Origin: an uncultured Wenzhouxiangella sp.
GTDB lineage: Bacteria > Pseudomonadota > Gammaproteobacteria > Xanthomonadales > Wenzhouxiangellaceae
Reading direction: 5' to 3'
Assembly (NCBI GenBank): GCA_913057255.1
Contig: CAJXNU010000001.1
Coordinates: 5,974-69,973, forward strand
Length of the DNA: 64,000 nucleotides
The position numbers and the translations under genes are program-made. A model generated the notes under the pieces. That model was not told the DNA's origin and searched no databases. It was given only the letters and a program-made list of their open reading frames with translations. Positions 51,743 to 62,862 of the stretch are shown here, in pieces (position 1 is the first letter of the stretch; each line of letters begins with the position of its first letter).

Positions 51743-52266
51743 TGAATCCCAGCCCCACTGAGAATTCGGTCACTTTAGGCCGTTTTCTTGGTCCTTGGGG
51801 CATCAAGGGTTGGCTCCAGATCTACTCGTACACCACTCCCCGCGAGGGGATCTTTGATTACGACGAGTGGCGTATCGACGGAGCCCAACAACCCATTCCA
51901 CGTCCTGAATACAAGCTGACTGGAAAGCGCTTGGTGGTCAAACTCCCCGGGGTCGACACGCCGGAGGCGGCCGCCGCTTGGACCGACAAAACCATTGAAG
52001 TCTTGAGAGCACAATTGCCAGCCTTGCCGGAAGGCGAGTATTACTGGCATGATTTGATCGGTCTTTCGGTCATCAATCGCGAGGGCGTGAGTTTAGGGGA
52101 GGTCTCCCAAATGTTGAGCACCGGCGCCCACGATGTCATGGAGATCCAGCCCGAATCCTCAGGGCAAACCATCCTGATTCCGTTTGTTTTGGGTGGGCCC
52201 GTCGATCAAGTGGACCTAGAGGCTGGTGAGATTCGGGTGCAGTGGCCGGTTGAGTGGTTGGACTGA
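51742..52266 (+). CDS. rimM: Ribosome maturation factor RimM
   Basis: WGIKGW, EGEYYWHDLIGL, TGAHDV, LIPF; operon position. Confidence 0.93.
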   Translation: MNPSPTENSVTLGRFLGPWGIKGWLQIYSYTTPREGIFDYDEWRIDGAQQPIPRPEYKLTGKRLVVKLPGVDTPEAAAAWTDKTIEVLRAQLPALPEGEYYWHDLIGLSVINREGVSLGEVSQMLSTGAHDVMEIQPESSGQTILIPFVLGGPVDQVDLEAGEIRVQWPVEWLD

Positions 52267-52272
52267 TCGCTC

Positions 52273-52971
52273 ATGCTCAAGCGCATAGACATCATCACGC
52301 TATTTCCGGATTGGTTTGGCCACTTCACTGAGCTGGGATTGACGGGGCGCGCGGTCGCTGATGGTCAGATCGAGCTGCATTGCTGGAACCCTAGGGATCA
52401 CACCACCGATCCCCACAAAAGCGTGGATGATAGGCCTTATGGGGGCGGTCCTGGCATGGTGATGCGCCCTGAACCGGTGGCCATGGCGATCGAGGCGGCC
52501 AAAGCCGCTGGCGCCGCTTCGGTGGTCAGCTATTTGAGCCCTCAAGGGCAGGTGTTGAGCCAGCCTGGGGTGAGTGAATTGGCCCAGCGAGAGCGGCTAT
52601 TGCTGTTGTGTGGGCGCTACGAGGGCATTGATGAGCGACTTATCGAGCAACTGGTTGATGAAGAGTGGTCAGTGGGTGACTATGTGCTCTCTGGCGGGGA
52701 GCCAGCCGCGCTGGTGATGCTCGATGCCGTCATTCGGCAATTGCCAGGCGTTCTGGGTCATCCAGAGTCTGCTGCCCAAGATTCCTTTGCCACGGGGCTT
52801 TTAGACCACCCACACTACACACGACCTGAGCTTTGGCGAGGTCAGGCGGTGCCATCGGTGTTGCTCAGTGGTGATCACGGGGCCATTGATCGGTGGCGTC
52901 GCGAACAGGCGCTGAAAAGGACTCAAGCCCGCCGCCCGGACTTGATGGATGGGCGAGACCAAAAGGATTGA
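52273..52971 (+). CDS. trmD: tRNA (guanine-37-N1)-methyltransferase
   Basis: [42 protein letters not shown]. Confidence 0.96.
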   Translation: MLKRIDIITLFPDWFGHFTELGLTGRAVADGQIELHCWNPRDHTTDPHKSVDDRPYGGGPGMVMRPEPVAMAIEAAKAAGAASVVSYLSPQGQVLSQPGVSELAQRERLLLLCGRYEGIDERLIEQLVDEEWSVGDYVLSGGEPAALVMLDAVIRQLPGVLGHPESAAQDSFATGLLDHPHYTRPELWRGQAVPSVLLSGDHGAIDRWRREQALKRTQARRPDLMDGRDQKD

Positions 52972-53067
52972 TAAAAACTCGTCTCTAGGCGTAGAAAAAC
53001 CATTCAAAAGCGGGTAAAATGGCGGGCTAACGTCCAAAATGGGCAACCGATTAGTGAGATTGCAGGC

Positions 53068-53433
53068 ATGACCAACATCATCGACGAAATCAATAAAGAG
53101 CAGACCCAAAAGGAAATCCCGTCATTCGCGGCCGGCGATACCATTGTGGTGAATTTGTGGGTGCGCGAGGGCGATCGTCAACGTCTGCAGGCCTTTGAAG
53201 GTGTGGTCATTGCTCGCCGCAACCGTGGTTTGAACTCAGCATTCACCGTTCGCAAGATTTCGCACGGCACAGGGGTCGAGCGGGTGTTCCAAACCTACAG
53301 CCCGTTGATTGAATCAATCAATGTGAAGCGTCGCGGCAAGGTGCGCCGTGCCAAGCTCTTCTACCTGAGAGATCTCGAAGGCAAGGCGGCCAGAATTAAA
53401 GAAAAGCTGACGCGTCGCAAGCAGGCCAGCTAA
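53068..53433 (+). CDS. rplS: 50S ribosomal protein L19
   Basis: [34 protein letters not shown]. Confidence 0.97.
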   Translation: MTNIIDEINKEQTQKEIPSFAAGDTIVVNLWVREGDRQRLQAFEGVVIARRNRGLNSAFTVRKISHGTGVERVFQTYSPLIESINVKRRGKVRRAKLFYLRDLEGKAARIKEKLTRRKQAS

Positions 53434-53467
53434 GCCGTTTTGGCTGACAGCCTAGATTGTTGAAAAG

Positions 53468-53492
53468 ACCGCCCAACCGGGCGGTTTTTTTT
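53468..53492 (+). terminator. Terminator after rplS
   Basis: ACCGCCC-aacc-GGGCGGT followed by a T run. Confidence 0.85.
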
Positions 53493-53526
53493 GGCCTTAA
53501 TTTTGACAAATTTCGCCTCCTTCGGC

Positions 53527-53553
53527 CTTGAAAATGACGGCTGTAGCCCCCAC
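53527..53553 (+). promoter_or_regulatory. sigma32-type promoter of htpG
   Basis: CTTGAAA-14-CCCCAC. Confidence 0.7.
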
Positions 53554-53597
53554 GACAGAAGACATCTGTCACAACCTAGGGCGAGAACGGATTGGCC

Positions 53598-55490
53598 ATG
53601 ACTGAAAAAACAACGAAACCCGCAACCCACCGTTTTGATGCAGAAGTCAATCAACTGCTGAAGTTGATGATCAATGCGCTGTATTCCAACCGAGAGATCT
53701 TTCTTCGAGAGCTGATCTCCAACGCCTCAGATGCCTCTGACAAGCTTAGGTTTGAAGCGCTCACAGATGAGAATTTGAAAGGTCTCGACAGTGAGCTCAC
53801 CATTGATGTCTCGTTTGATCCCCAGGCGCATACGCTCACCGTCACTGACCATGGCATCGGGATGAGTGAGGCTGAGGTCATTGAGAACTTGGGCACCATC
53901 GCCAAATCAGGCACACGCCAGTTTCTCGAGTCACTCTCTGGTGATGCCAAGCAAGATGCCAACCTGATCGGCCAGTTTGGCGTGGGTTTTTATTCGGCGT
54001 TTATCGTGGCCGATGAAGTGGTGGTTGAGACCCGGCGGGCGGGATTGAGTCCAGAAGAGGCCATCCGTTGGTCATCAAAAGGTGAGGGCGAATATCTATT
54101 AGAGCCCACAACCAAAGACAAGCCAGGCACGACGATTGTCCTCCATGTCTCAGAGGACCACCGAGATCTCCTAAACCAATGGCAGCTTCAGCGCATCATT
54201 CGTCACTATTCCAATCACATTGCTTTCCCCATCCAGCTGCAGATTCCTGCTGAGGATGAAAAAGATAAAGATGGCGTGAAAACCGAAGTGGTCAACGAGG
54301 CCAAAGCGCTATGGGCACGGCCAAAAAATGAAATTGAGGATGAAGAATATCAATCCTTTTACTCTTCGCTGGCCAATGATCCTCAGGGAGCGCTGAGCTG
54401 GGCGCATCATCAAGTGGAGGGCACCCAGAGTTACAGCCTCTTGTTGTATGTGCCCAAGCAAGCGCCGTTTGATTTGTTGATGAACCGGGATGCGGTTGAG
54501 GGTCTGAAGCTCTACATTCAGCGGGTTTTTATCATGGATGCTGCTGAGCAGCTGCTGCCTCGCTACCTTCGATTTATGCGGGGCGTGGTGGATTCATCTG
54601 ACCTCCCTCTCAATGTCTCCCGAGAGATCCTTCAGGACTCTCCCTTGCTCAAGAAAATCCGCGCGACGGTGATTAAAAGAAGCTTAGATTTAATCGAGAA
54701 AATCACGGAAGACGGGGGCGATGATTGGAAAAAGTTCTACGAGGCCTTCGGCACCATTTTAAAAGAGGGGGTCATCGAAGACTTTGAGCAGCGTGAGCGT
54801 GTGGCCTCTCTGCTTCGGTTTGAGACCACGCATGGTGATGAGATGGCCGGCTTTGATGCCTATCTTGATCGCATGGCCGAAGACCAAGAGACCATTTGGT
54901 ACCTCACGGCTGAAAATGCCCAAGTGGCCAAGAGCAGTCCGCATCTAGAAGCGTTTAAAAAGAAAGGCATCGAGGTGTTGCTACTGACTGACCGTATTGA
55001 TGAGTGGGTGGTGTCGCACTTATCAGAGTACAAAGGCAAGGCGCTAAAAAGCGTCACCACCGGTGGGTTGGATGACAAGGAGGCTAAAAAACCAAGCAAA
55101 GCCGCCAAAAAGCTTGCAGGCCGCATTAAGAAGGCCCTCGGTGATCAGGTCGGTGAGGTCAATGCGACACATCACATGACCGATTCGGCTGCGCGGATTG
55201 TCAATGATGAGCACGGCATGTCTCTGCAAATGCAAAAATTCATGCGCCAAGCCGGCCAGCCGGTACCGGAGACCACGCCAAACTTAGAAATCAATCCAGA
55301 CCATGCCTTGGTCGAAGTGATCGAAAATGAGGCAGATGGCGAACGGTTCGAGTCTTTGGCTCGATTATTGTTTGACCAAGCGCTGTTGGCCGAGGGGGGT
55401 GAGTTGGCCGACCCGGCAGCCTATGTCCGTGATGTGAACGCTCTTTTGGTCAATGCACTGAGAACAACAGACAGCGAGTCGGCTTCTTAA
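53598..55490 (+). CDS. htpG: Hsp90 chaperone
   Basis: LYSNREIFLRELISNASDA, DHGIGM, NLGTIAKSGT, IGQFGVGFYSAF. Confidence 0.96.
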   Translation: MTEKTTKPATHRFDAEVNQLLKLMINALYSNREIFLRELISNASDASDKLRFEALTDENLKGLDSELTIDVSFDPQAHTLTVTDHGIGMSEAEVIENLGTIAKSGTRQFLESLSGDAKQDANLIGQFGVGFYSAFIVADEVVVETRRAGLSPEEAIRWSSKGEGEYLLEPTTKDKPGTTIVLHVSEDHRDLLNQWQLQRIIRHYSNHIAFPIQLQIPAEDEKDKDGVKTEVVNEAKALWARPKNEIEDEEYQSFYSSLANDPQGALSWAHHQVEGTQSYSLLLYVPKQAPFDLLMNRDAVEGLKLYIQRVFIMDAAEQLLPRYLRFMRGVVDSSDLPLNVSREILQDSPLLKKIRATVIKRSLDLIEKITEDGGDDWKKFYEAFGTILKEGVIEDFEQRERVASLLRFETTHGDEMAGFDAYLDRMAEDQETIWYLTAENAQVAKSSPHLEAFKKKGIEVLLLTDRIDEWVVSHLSEYKGKALKSVTTGGLDDKEAKKPSKAAKKLAGRIKKALGDQVGEVNATHHMTDSAARIVNDEHGMSLQMQKFMRQAGQPVPETTPNLEINPDHALVEVIENEADGERFESLARLLFDQALLAEGGELADPAAYVRDVNALLVNALRTTDSESAS

Positions 55491-56317
55491 TGACCGCGCC
55501 ATTGGGTGTGGCAGGTCCAGCCACGTGGCGATCTCGCATCGGGCAATGGGTTGAAGGTCGAGCATTTACTCGCTTTATCATTGGCCTCATTATTCTCAAC
55601 GCGATTGTGTTGGGATTGGAGACATCGCCTGAGGTCATGGCCACCGCTGGGCCTTTTTTGATTTCTCTTAATCGGCTGATTTTAGCGATCTTCGTTATTG
55701 AGATCGCATTGAAACTCGTGGCACATGGTGGCGGTTTTTTTCGTTCTGGGTGGAACTGGTTTGATTTCGTGATTGTTGCCATTGCCTTGGTGCCTGCCAC
55801 TGGCCCATTGGATATTCTTCGCGCGCTGAGAATACTGCGCGTGCTGCGGCTTTTTTCTCAAGTACCCAAATTGCGCGCCATCGTTGAGTCATTGGTTCGA
55901 GCCCTGCCTGGCATGGGCTGGACGGCGCTGCTGCTGTTATTGATTTTTTATATCTTTGCGGTGATGGCGACACTGCTTTTTGCCGAGAGTTTTCCGGAGT
56001 ACTGGGGTTCTCTGGGTAGAAGCTTGTTTTCGCTGTTCCAGATCATGACGTTGGAGTCTTGGTCGAGTGGGATCGCCAGACCCATGCTCGATGCCTATCC
56101 ACTGGTCTGGCTATTTTTTGTGCCGTTTATCTTGGTATCAAGCTTTATGGTGTTGAACTTATTTATCGCCATCATTGTGACGGCCACTCAATCCATTCAT
56201 GCCGATGAGCAAACAGAGCAGGGCGAGCACATCTTAGAAGCGCTAGAGCGCATGGAAAAGCGTTTAGATGAGATGGCGCATAAGCAAAATCTGGGCAATA
56301 AAAAACCGCTTGAGTGA
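55490..56317 (+). CDS. Bacterial voltage-gated sodium channel (BacNav-type)
   Basis: S4 LRALRILRVLRL, selectivity filter TLESWS, S6 FMVLNLFIAIIV, short C-terminal coiled coil. Confidence 0.88.
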   Translation: MTAPLGVAGPATWRSRIGQWVEGRAFTRFIIGLIILNAIVLGLETSPEVMATAGPFLISLNRLILAIFVIEIALKLVAHGGGFFRSGWNWFDFVIVAIALVPATGPLDILRALRILRVLRLFSQVPKLRAIVESLVRALPGMGWTALLLLLIFYIFAVMATLLFAESFPEYWGSLGRSLFSLFQIMTLESWSSGIARPMLDAYPLVWLFFVPFILVSSFMVLNLFIAIIVTATQSIHADEQTEQGEHILEALERMEKRLDEMAHKQNLGNKKPLE

Positions 56318-56392
56318 GGCTCATCCCTGACCAGTGCAGGGGTCATTGTCACAACAAGCGGTCTGTGGTGTTTCGTAGTATAGGCTTATTTA

Positions 56393-56863
56393 TCAGTCGC
56401 CGGTGTTCGGGCTGCCTTGAGCGATCTCTGCCTCAGTCGCTTCTCGAACGGACTTTACATCCACGGCGAAGTTGAGCGTTTGTCCTGCCAGCATGTGGTT
56501 GCCATCGACGGTGACGGTGTCATCTTTGACTTCTTTGACCACCACAGTCATCGGGCCGGCGTTGGACTCTGCTCTAAAGCTCATTCCAGGGGCCAATTCA
56601 TCGACCCCCTCAAAGGCTTCTTTGGGGACGTCTTGCACCAATTCTTCTCGGTAAGCGCCGTAGCCCTCCTCTGGGGCGACGCTGGCGTCGAACTGATCGC
56701 CAACGGCTTTGCCCTCCAGCGCTTTTTCAAGGCCTGGGACGATGTTGCCGTGACCATGTAGGTACTCCAAAGGCTCACGGCCTGTGGACGTGTCGATGAC
56801 TTGCCCGTCGTCACCGGTGAGGGTGTAGTCAAAGCCCACCACAGCATTGGATTGAATTTTCAT
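56393..56863 (-). CDS. slyD: FKBP-type peptidyl-prolyl isomerase (SlyD-like, no His-rich tail)
   Basis: [37 protein letters not shown]. Confidence 0.88.
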   Translation of the reverse strand: MKIQSNAVVGFDYTLTGDDGQVIDTSTGREPLEYLHGHGNIVPGLEKALEGKAVGDQFDASVAPEEGYGAYREELVQDVPKEAFEGVDELAPGMSFRAESNAGPMTVVVKEVKDDTVTVDGNHMLAGQTLNFAVDVKSVREATEAEIAQGSPNTGD

Positions 56864-56994
56864 GTGGCTCCTTCATTTTTCGTTTGAATAATGACTGGGC
56901 TCAGGGTAACACGCACAAATTACACATGCGGTTAAAAACACCCGATTGTCAGGCTACAATAGGGATTGGCCGGATTGACGCTGTGACTGGATCG

Positions 56995-58017
56995 ATGCAG
57001 ACAAAAAGAACCCTGACAGGAATCACCACCACGGGCACACCCCATTTGGGCAATTACGTGGGTGCGATCAAGCCAGCAATCCTAGCCAGCCAAGACCCAA
57101 GTAGTGAGACCTTCTATTTCTTGGCGGATTACCACGCCTTGGTCAAGTGTGAAGATCCCGAGCGGGTGGTGCAATCCACACTTGAAATTGCAGCCACTTG
57201 GCTCGCTTTAGGTCTTGATGTCGAACGCTCTGTGTTCTATCGGCAATCCGATGTCCCTCAAATCCCAGAGTTGACGTGGTTTTTGAGCTGTGTGACCGCC
57301 AAAGGCCTGATGAACCGAGCCCATGCTTACAAAGCAGCAGTCGCTGAGAATGAGGCGGTCAATGAAGACCCGGACTTGGGCATCAACTTAGGCCTGTTCT
57401 CCTATCCGGTGTTGATGGCGGCCGATATTTTGATGTTCAATGCAGCCATCGTCCCCGTCGGTCGCGACCAATTGCAACACCTAGAGATGGCCAGAGACAT
57501 TGCGCAACGTTTCAACCATCGCTATGGCGAATACTTTGTGCTACCCGAAGGCCAGGTCGATGATCACGTGGCCACGCTTCCGGGCACCGATGGTCGCAAG
57601 ATGTCAAAAAGCTACGACAACACCATCCCATTGTGGTTGCCAGAAAAGGCATTGCGAAAAGCGATCATGCGCATCAAGACCAACTCGCTTGAGCCGGGTG
57701 AGCCCAAAGACCCAGACGACTCTGCTTTGTTTTCGATTTATGCGGCTTTTGCCAGTGATGAAGCGCGTCAGAGCATGCGCCAAGCCTACCGAGATGGGAT
57801 TGCCTGGGGCGAGGCCAAGCAGCAGGTGTTTGAGTTGATCAATGCGGAGTTGGCAGAGCCTCGAGCACGCTATGAGGCATTGATCGCCAAGCCCGATGAA
57901 GTCGAGGCCATTTTACAAGCGGGTGCCGAGCGTGCCCGTGGCTTGGCCGAGCCATTCATGGCCTCACTCCGAGAGGCCGTCGGCATTCGCTCTTTATCCT
58001 CGTACATCATCAAGTGA
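56995..58017 (+). CDS. trpS: Tryptophanyl-tRNA synthetase; start ATG 56995
   Basis: [38 protein letters not shown]. Confidence 0.95.
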   Translation: MQTKRTLTGITTTGTPHLGNYVGAIKPAILASQDPSSETFYFLADYHALVKCEDPERVVQSTLEIAATWLALGLDVERSVFYRQSDVPQIPELTWFLSCVTAKGLMNRAHAYKAAVAENEAVNEDPDLGINLGLFSYPVLMAADILMFNAAIVPVGRDQLQHLEMARDIAQRFNHRYGEYFVLPEGQVDDHVATLPGTDGRKMSKSYDNTIPLWLPEKALRKAIMRIKTNSLEPGEPKDPDDSALFSIYAAFASDEARQSMRQAYRDGIAWGEAKQQVFELINAELAEPRARYEALIAKPDEVEAILQAGAERARGLAEPFMASLREAVGIRSLSSYIIK

Positions 58018-58033
58018 CACGTCTTTCGCTGGA

Positions 58034-58939
58034 CTAGCCTTTCCCGCGAGTCCGGGTGCGGTCTTTGCGCGCATTTTTCTCTAAAAATGCAATGATCAAA
58101 TCCGCCACATTCTTGCCGGTGGCCGCTTCGATGCCTTCGAGTCCGGGCGATGAGTTCACTTCCATGACCAATGGCCCATGATTGGATCGAAGAATATCCA
58201 CACCGGCCACGTTGAGACCCATGATGCGCGCCGCGCGGGTGGCCACAGCGCGCTCTTGCGGAGTGATCTTAATGAGCTCAGCGGTTCCACCCCGGTGCAG
58301 ATTGGACCGGAATTCCCCCGGCAAGGCTTGGCGTTTGATGGCGGCCACCACCTTGTCACCGACAACAAAACAGCGGATATCCGCGCCACCGGCTTCTTTG
58401 ATGTATTCCTGGACCATGATGGAGACGTTCAAGCCCATGAACGCTTCCAAAACACTCTCAGCCGCCTTTCGGGTTTCACATAGGACCACGCCGATGCCTT
58501 GGGTGCCTTCGAGCAGCTTAACCACGAGGGGTGCGCCACCCACCATCTCAATGACATCACCAATGTCATCAGGCGCGCGTGCAAAACCCGTCACCGGCAT
58601 GCCGATGCCTCGGCGTGCCAGAAGTTGCAGCGACCGAAGTTTGTCACGCGAGCGTGTGACCGCGACTGATTCATTGAGGGGAAAAGTGCCCGTCATTTCA
58701 AACTGCCTAAGCACGGCCGTCCCGTAAAAAGTGATCGAGGCGCCAATGCGCGGGATCACTGCATCGAATGGCTCGAGTTGCTCGCCGCGATAGTGGATGG
58801 TGGGTCTGGCCGATGCAATATTCATATAACAGCGAAGCGTATCGACGACACGAACCTCATGCCCACGCGCGTCGGCCGCCTCGACCAAACGGCGCGTCGA
58901 GTAGATGCTCTGGCTGCGAGATAAAATGGCAATGCGCAT
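58034..58939 (-). CDS. rimK: RimK ATP-grasp alpha-L-glutamate ligase
   Basis: [61 protein letters not shown]. Confidence 0.94.
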   Translation of the reverse strand: MRIAILSRSQSIYSTRRLVEAADARGHEVRVVDTLRCYMNIASARPTIHYRGEQLEPFDAVIPRIGASITFYGTAVLRQFEMTGTFPLNESVAVTRSRDKLRSLQLLARRGIGMPVTGFARAPDDIGDVIEMVGGAPLVVKLLEGTQGIGVVLCETRKAAESVLEAFMGLNVSIMVQEYIKEAGGADIRCFVVGDKVVAAIKRQALPGEFRSNLHRGGTAELIKITPQERAVATRAARIMGLNVAGVDILRSNHGPLVMEVNSSPGLEGIEAATGKNVADLIIAFLEKNARKDRTRTRGKG

Positions 58940-58940
58940 G

Positions 58941-59423
58941 CTATGGGCCTTTCACGATCTCAGGGTCGGGTTTGCCTTGCAAGAAAGTCCTCGCCGGATA
59001 GACAATGGCGTGGTCTTTCATTGCAGCGCGACCCAAGAGCATACGGTAACGCATTCTTTCTCTGTTGGTGAGCGTAATGTCTACATTCCAGCGATGCGTC
59101 CCAATCACAATTGGGGTATGAATGGTGAAGCGCTCCTCAATCTCACCTGAGGTATTTTTGACCCGTCTCAACTCCAATAGCTCAGCCTCACATGACATGG
59201 AGCGATGTCGCTGCTCAAATCCCACATGCACTTGAAAAGACACCCAGTCTTTGCCTGATTTTCTAAAGATCGCTTGGTCGCTGGCGTGCAGCGCGCAGGA
59301 TCTAGCGCCCGTATCGACACGGGCGCGTACCGCTACAATCCCAAGATCGGGTAGGGCCACCCACTCGCAAGCTCCAATCACCAACGGGGGTAGGTCGCCT
59401 GCCAAGAGTTCTTTGGCGTTCAT
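58941..59423 (-). CDS. RimK-associated retropepsin-like (aspartic-type) protease
   Basis: [39 protein letters not shown]. Confidence 0.85.
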   Translation of the reverse strand: MNAKELLAGDLPPLVIGACEWVALPDLGIVAVRARVDTGARSCALHASDQAIFRKSGKDWVSFQVHVGFEQRHRSMSCEAELLELRRVKNTSGEIEERFTIHTPIVIGTHRWNVDITLTNRERMRYRMLLGRAAMKDHAIVYPARTFLQGKPDPEIVKGP

Positions 59424-59431
59424 GCCATCAA

Positions 59432-60658
59432 TCAGTGAGCAAGACTCAAATCTTTGAGCATGGCATGCAAGAATCGCGCCGCTTCGCCACCGGTGCAGGC
59501 TCTGTGATCAAAGGTCAATGACAGGGGCATCATGCGATGGACTTCCACACCACCAAGCACCGGGACGACTTCATGTCTGAGCTTGCCGGCAGCCACAATG
59601 GCGACACACGGCGGTGTGATCACCGGCGTGGCATAGCGACCAGCGAATTTGCCAAAGTTTGACAAAATGATGGTGTAGTCCTTGAGCTCATCGGCTGGAA
59701 TGCTTCGGTTGGTGGCATTGTCTCTCAGCCGGTTGATGTCATTCCTGAGTCCAGCACGGTCTTTTTGATGGACATCACGAAGAGCGGCGACCATCAGCCC
59801 GTCGGGGGTGTCTACCGCCACGCCCACATGCATGGATTTGTGCACCATGCGAACGCCATTGTCTCCGTCAAACCAAGCATTCAATCCCGGCTCTGCCTGC
59901 GCGCCGGCCCACAGGGCTCTGATCAAGCGAGCGGTGATGTCTTCATCATTGGCCCAGGCTTGAATATCGGCATCGTCCATCAATGTGGTGGGTACAACTT
60001 GCTGATGTGACTCACTCATTGCCCGCGCCATGGTCCGTCGGGGGCCTCGCAGAGGCTCCCACTCACCAGTGGCTTGCGTGGTGCTGGCACGCATGGGCGC
60101 TTGTTTTTTCGGGGTCGTAGAACTTGCAGAGGCACTGGGCCCATCGGCCGCCGCTTTTTTGACATCGGCTGCGGTGATCACGCCACCTTTGCCACTGGGG
60201 GTGCAATGGGCGGGATCGACTTTAAGCTTTTTGGCCAACGCTCTGACAGCCGGCGTCATTTTAAAATCGCCAACCTGAGATAAATGTTCTTGCAGTACCT
60301 CGTTGCCTGCCTCAACATTCCCTACCACGGTGCCGCTGTCATCGCGCTGAGCTTTCTTGGGCGCAGAAGCATGGGTCTCGTCACTTTTTTTGTGATCCGA
60401 CTTGTCTGCGCTACCCTCATCCCCGGCGACTTCAAACTCAGCCAGTGGCGCGCCGGTCTTGATGACGTCGCCCGCTTGACCGTGGAATTTCACAATCCGG
60501 CCAGTGAAAGGGCTGGGTACTTCAACAATGGCTTTGGCTGTTTCCATCGAAATCATGGGTTGATCTAAGGTGAGCTCGTCACCTTCTTTGATTAGCCATT
60601 CAACGATTTCGGCATCGGGTAGACCTTCCCCCAAATCAGGCAGGTGGAACGTTTTCAT
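59432..60658 (-). CDS. 2-oxoacid dehydrogenase E2 (dihydrolipoamide acyltransferase)
   Basis: Lipoyl domain LPDLGEGL..ETAKA, E3-binding PAVRALAK..GSGKGG-like motif, LSLTFDHR. Confidence 0.92.
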   Translation of the reverse strand: MKTFHLPDLGEGLPDAEIVEWLIKEGDELTLDQPMISMETAKAIVEVPSPFTGRIVKFHGQAGDVIKTGAPLAEFEVAGDEGSADKSDHKKSDETHASAPKKAQRDDSGTVVGNVEAGNEVLQEHLSQVGDFKMTPAVRALAKKLKVDPAHCTPSGKGGVITAADVKKAAADGPSASASSTTPKKQAPMRASTTQATGEWEPLRGPRRTMARAMSESHQQVVPTTLMDDADIQAWANDEDITARLIRALWAGAQAEPGLNAWFDGDNGVRMVHKSMHVGVAVDTPDGLMVAALRDVHQKDRAGLRNDINRLRDNATNRSIPADELKDYTIILSNFGKFAGRYATPVITPPCVAIVAAGKLRHEVVPVLGGVEVHRMMPLSLTFDHRACTGGEAARFLHAMLKDLSLAH

Positions 60659-61635
60659 GAGACCTCCAACACGGCATCAATGGCATCGAGAATGCGTCGC
60701 ACGCTCGGCATGTACTTCATTTCACTGCGATAGAGTGGCATGACGGTGTCATAGCCACACACCCGCTTGACCGGCGCGAGCAGGCTATACAAGCCTGCAT
60801 CGGCCAGTCCCGCTGCAATTTCACTGGCCACACCGCAGTGCTTGGGCGCTTCTTGAATGATCACGCAGCGACCCGTCCGTCCGACGGACTCGATGATGGT
60901 GTCCATATCCAAAGGCGAAATGGTGGCCACATCAATGACCTCTGCTTGGATGCCCCGACTGGCCAATTCATCAGCCGCCGCTAGGGTCTCTTTGATCATC
61001 GCCCCCCAGCTGACCAAGGTGATGTCCGAGCCATCTCTGAGTGTGTAGCAGACATCCAGTGGCAGCTCTTCACCGTCATCCACCACCTCTTCTTTCTGCC
61101 AGCGATAAATCCGTTTGGGTTCCATGAAGATCACGGGATCTGGATCACGAATTGCCGCGAGCAACAGTCCATAGGCGCGAGCGGGAGAGGAGGGGATGAC
61201 CACGCGAATGCCTGGCATGTGCGCAAACAGCGCCTCCGGGCTTTCCGAGTGGTGCTCTGGGGCATGGATGCCACCACCACTGGGGAATCTTAAAACCATG
61301 GGACAGCTCAAGCGCCCACGCGTCCGATTTCTCATCCTTCCTGCATGGCACATGATGTGGTCGATCATCGGCATACTAAAGCCACAAAATTGGGCCTCGG
61401 CGACAGGCTTCATGCCTTGAGCCGCCATGCCCACGCTCATGCCAGCGATCATGACCTCGGCCAGAGGTGTATCGAGCACTCTCTCATTGCCAAAGCGCTG
61501 TTGCAGGCCAGCCGTGGCTCTGAACACGCCACCATTGACACCCACATCCTCGCCCAAGACGACCACGCTGGAATCTTCTTCCATCGCGCGAGCCAAGGCC
61601 AGGGTCACCCCTTCGATCAGTGTGATCTCAGCCAT
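60655..61635 (-). CDS. 2-oxoacid dehydrogenase E1 beta subunit (pyruvate or branched-chain)
   Basis: GEDVGVNGGVFRAT, DTPLAE, HHSES, DPVIFMEPK. Confidence 0.92.
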   Translation of the reverse strand: MAEITLIEGVTLALARAMEEDSSVVVLGEDVGVNGGVFRATAGLQQRFGNERVLDTPLAEVMIAGMSVGMAAQGMKPVAEAQFCGFSMPMIDHIMCHAGRMRNRTRGRLSCPMVLRFPSGGGIHAPEHHSESPEALFAHMPGIRVVIPSSPARAYGLLLAAIRDPDPVIFMEPKRIYRWQKEEVVDDGEELPLDVCYTLRDGSDITLVSWGAMIKETLAAADELASRGIQAEVIDVATISPLDMDTIIESVGRTGRCVIIQEAPKHCGVASEIAAGLADAGLYSLLAPVKRVCGYDTVMPLYRSEMKYMPSVRRILDAIDAVLEVS

Positions 61636-62735
61636 CAGTGGTGCCCTCCATCTTCCGGATACTGTTCGGCATACGCTCTTTGCTCGATCAGATCATGAGG
61701 TGGTTCTTTAAATAGGTAATCGAACATCGCCGTGACGGGTTGAGGGTGGTTTTCGACTTGATCGAGGTAGTGGTCAACCGCTGCCTGAACCTCTTGAGTG
61801 GCCTCGGCCGTCCATGCATCCTCCTTGGCATCATCCCAAGCACCAGCCTGAGTCAGATAGCGACGCAGGCGGATCAAAGGTTCTCGCTCCCAAGCGGCTT
61901 TGACTTCATCGTCAGGTCTGTAGCGCGTGGCATCATCTGCCGTGGTGTGGTCTGACAAGCGATAGGTGATCATTTCAATGACCACGGCACCTTTGCCAGC
62001 CCGCGCAGCCTCGACCGCTTCCTCCATGGCCCACAAACAGGCGATCAGGTCATTGCCATCGACCTGGATGCTGGTCAATCCTCCGGCAATGCCTTTTTGC
62101 GCCAGAGTGGCTGCATGGTTTTGGCTGGAGCGCGGGACAGAGATGGCCCACTGGTTATTCATGATGATCAGTACCAACGGTAACTCATAGGCGCTGGCTG
62201 CATTAATGGCTTCTAGAAAGTCACCTTTGGAGCTCCCGCCATCTCCAACAACGCTGACGGCAACCCGTGGTTCTTTGCGAAGCTTAAATGCCAAGGCAGC
62301 GCCGGCGGCATGGAGGCACTGGGTCGCAATGGGCACGCACCAGGCAAAATCATGTGGCGCATTTTTAAAATCATTGCCGCGCTCATCGCCACCCCAGTAA
62401 AGGAGTACGTCACTCATCTCAACACCGCGACAAAATTGTGCGCCATACTCTCGGTACATGGGCGCAAAGCAATCTTCTTTTTTCATGGCCGAGCCAATCG
62501 CGACATGCGCAGCCTCATGGCCCAATGATGAGGCGTAGGTACCCAACTTGCCTGTCCGTTGCAAAGCCACGGCTTTCTTATCGAAGACGCGGGTTTTGAC
62601 CATGAGCTTATAAAGCTCTTTCAAGCGGTCTAGATCTTTGGCCAGAGGGGGCACTTTGACCCCTTGAACCAAATTTCCATCCACGCCCAAAAACTGAAAA
62701 TAGTCGACTTTAAAGGTGTTGGAGCGATCGGTCAT
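61635..62735 (-). CDS. 2-oxoacid dehydrogenase E1 alpha subunit (pyruvate or branched-chain)
   Basis: LQRTGKLGTY, TPP motif GDGGSS.GDF.E..N...NNQWAIS, YRLSDHTTADD. Confidence 0.92.
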   Translation of the reverse strand: MTDRSNTFKVDYFQFLGVDGNLVQGVKVPPLAKDLDRLKELYKLMVKTRVFDKKAVALQRTGKLGTYASSLGHEAAHVAIGSAMKKEDCFAPMYREYGAQFCRGVEMSDVLLYWGGDERGNDFKNAPHDFAWCVPIATQCLHAAGAALAFKLRKEPRVAVSVVGDGGSSKGDFLEAINAASAYELPLVLIIMNNQWAISVPRSSQNHAATLAQKGIAGGLTSIQVDGNDLIACLWAMEEAVEAARAGKGAVVIEMITYRLSDHTTADDATRYRPDDEVKAAWEREPLIRLRRYLTQAGAWDDAKEDAWTAEATQEVQAAVDHYLDQVENHPQPVTAMFDYLFKEPPHDLIEQRAYAEQYPEDGGHH

Positions 62736-62862
62736 TGCATGAGCCTACAGACGAATTATCAGCCGATGATTATACGCTCCCAGCAGGTCGCTTTGAAATC
62801 CCTAAAAAGACGCTACACTGCTCCTAAATCATTGAAAATTGCCTTGAGGGAGGCGAATCACT

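Noticed and set aside
56393-56863. SlyD without the His/Cys-rich tail
   Set aside because: Tail-less SlyD proteins are common in bacteria.
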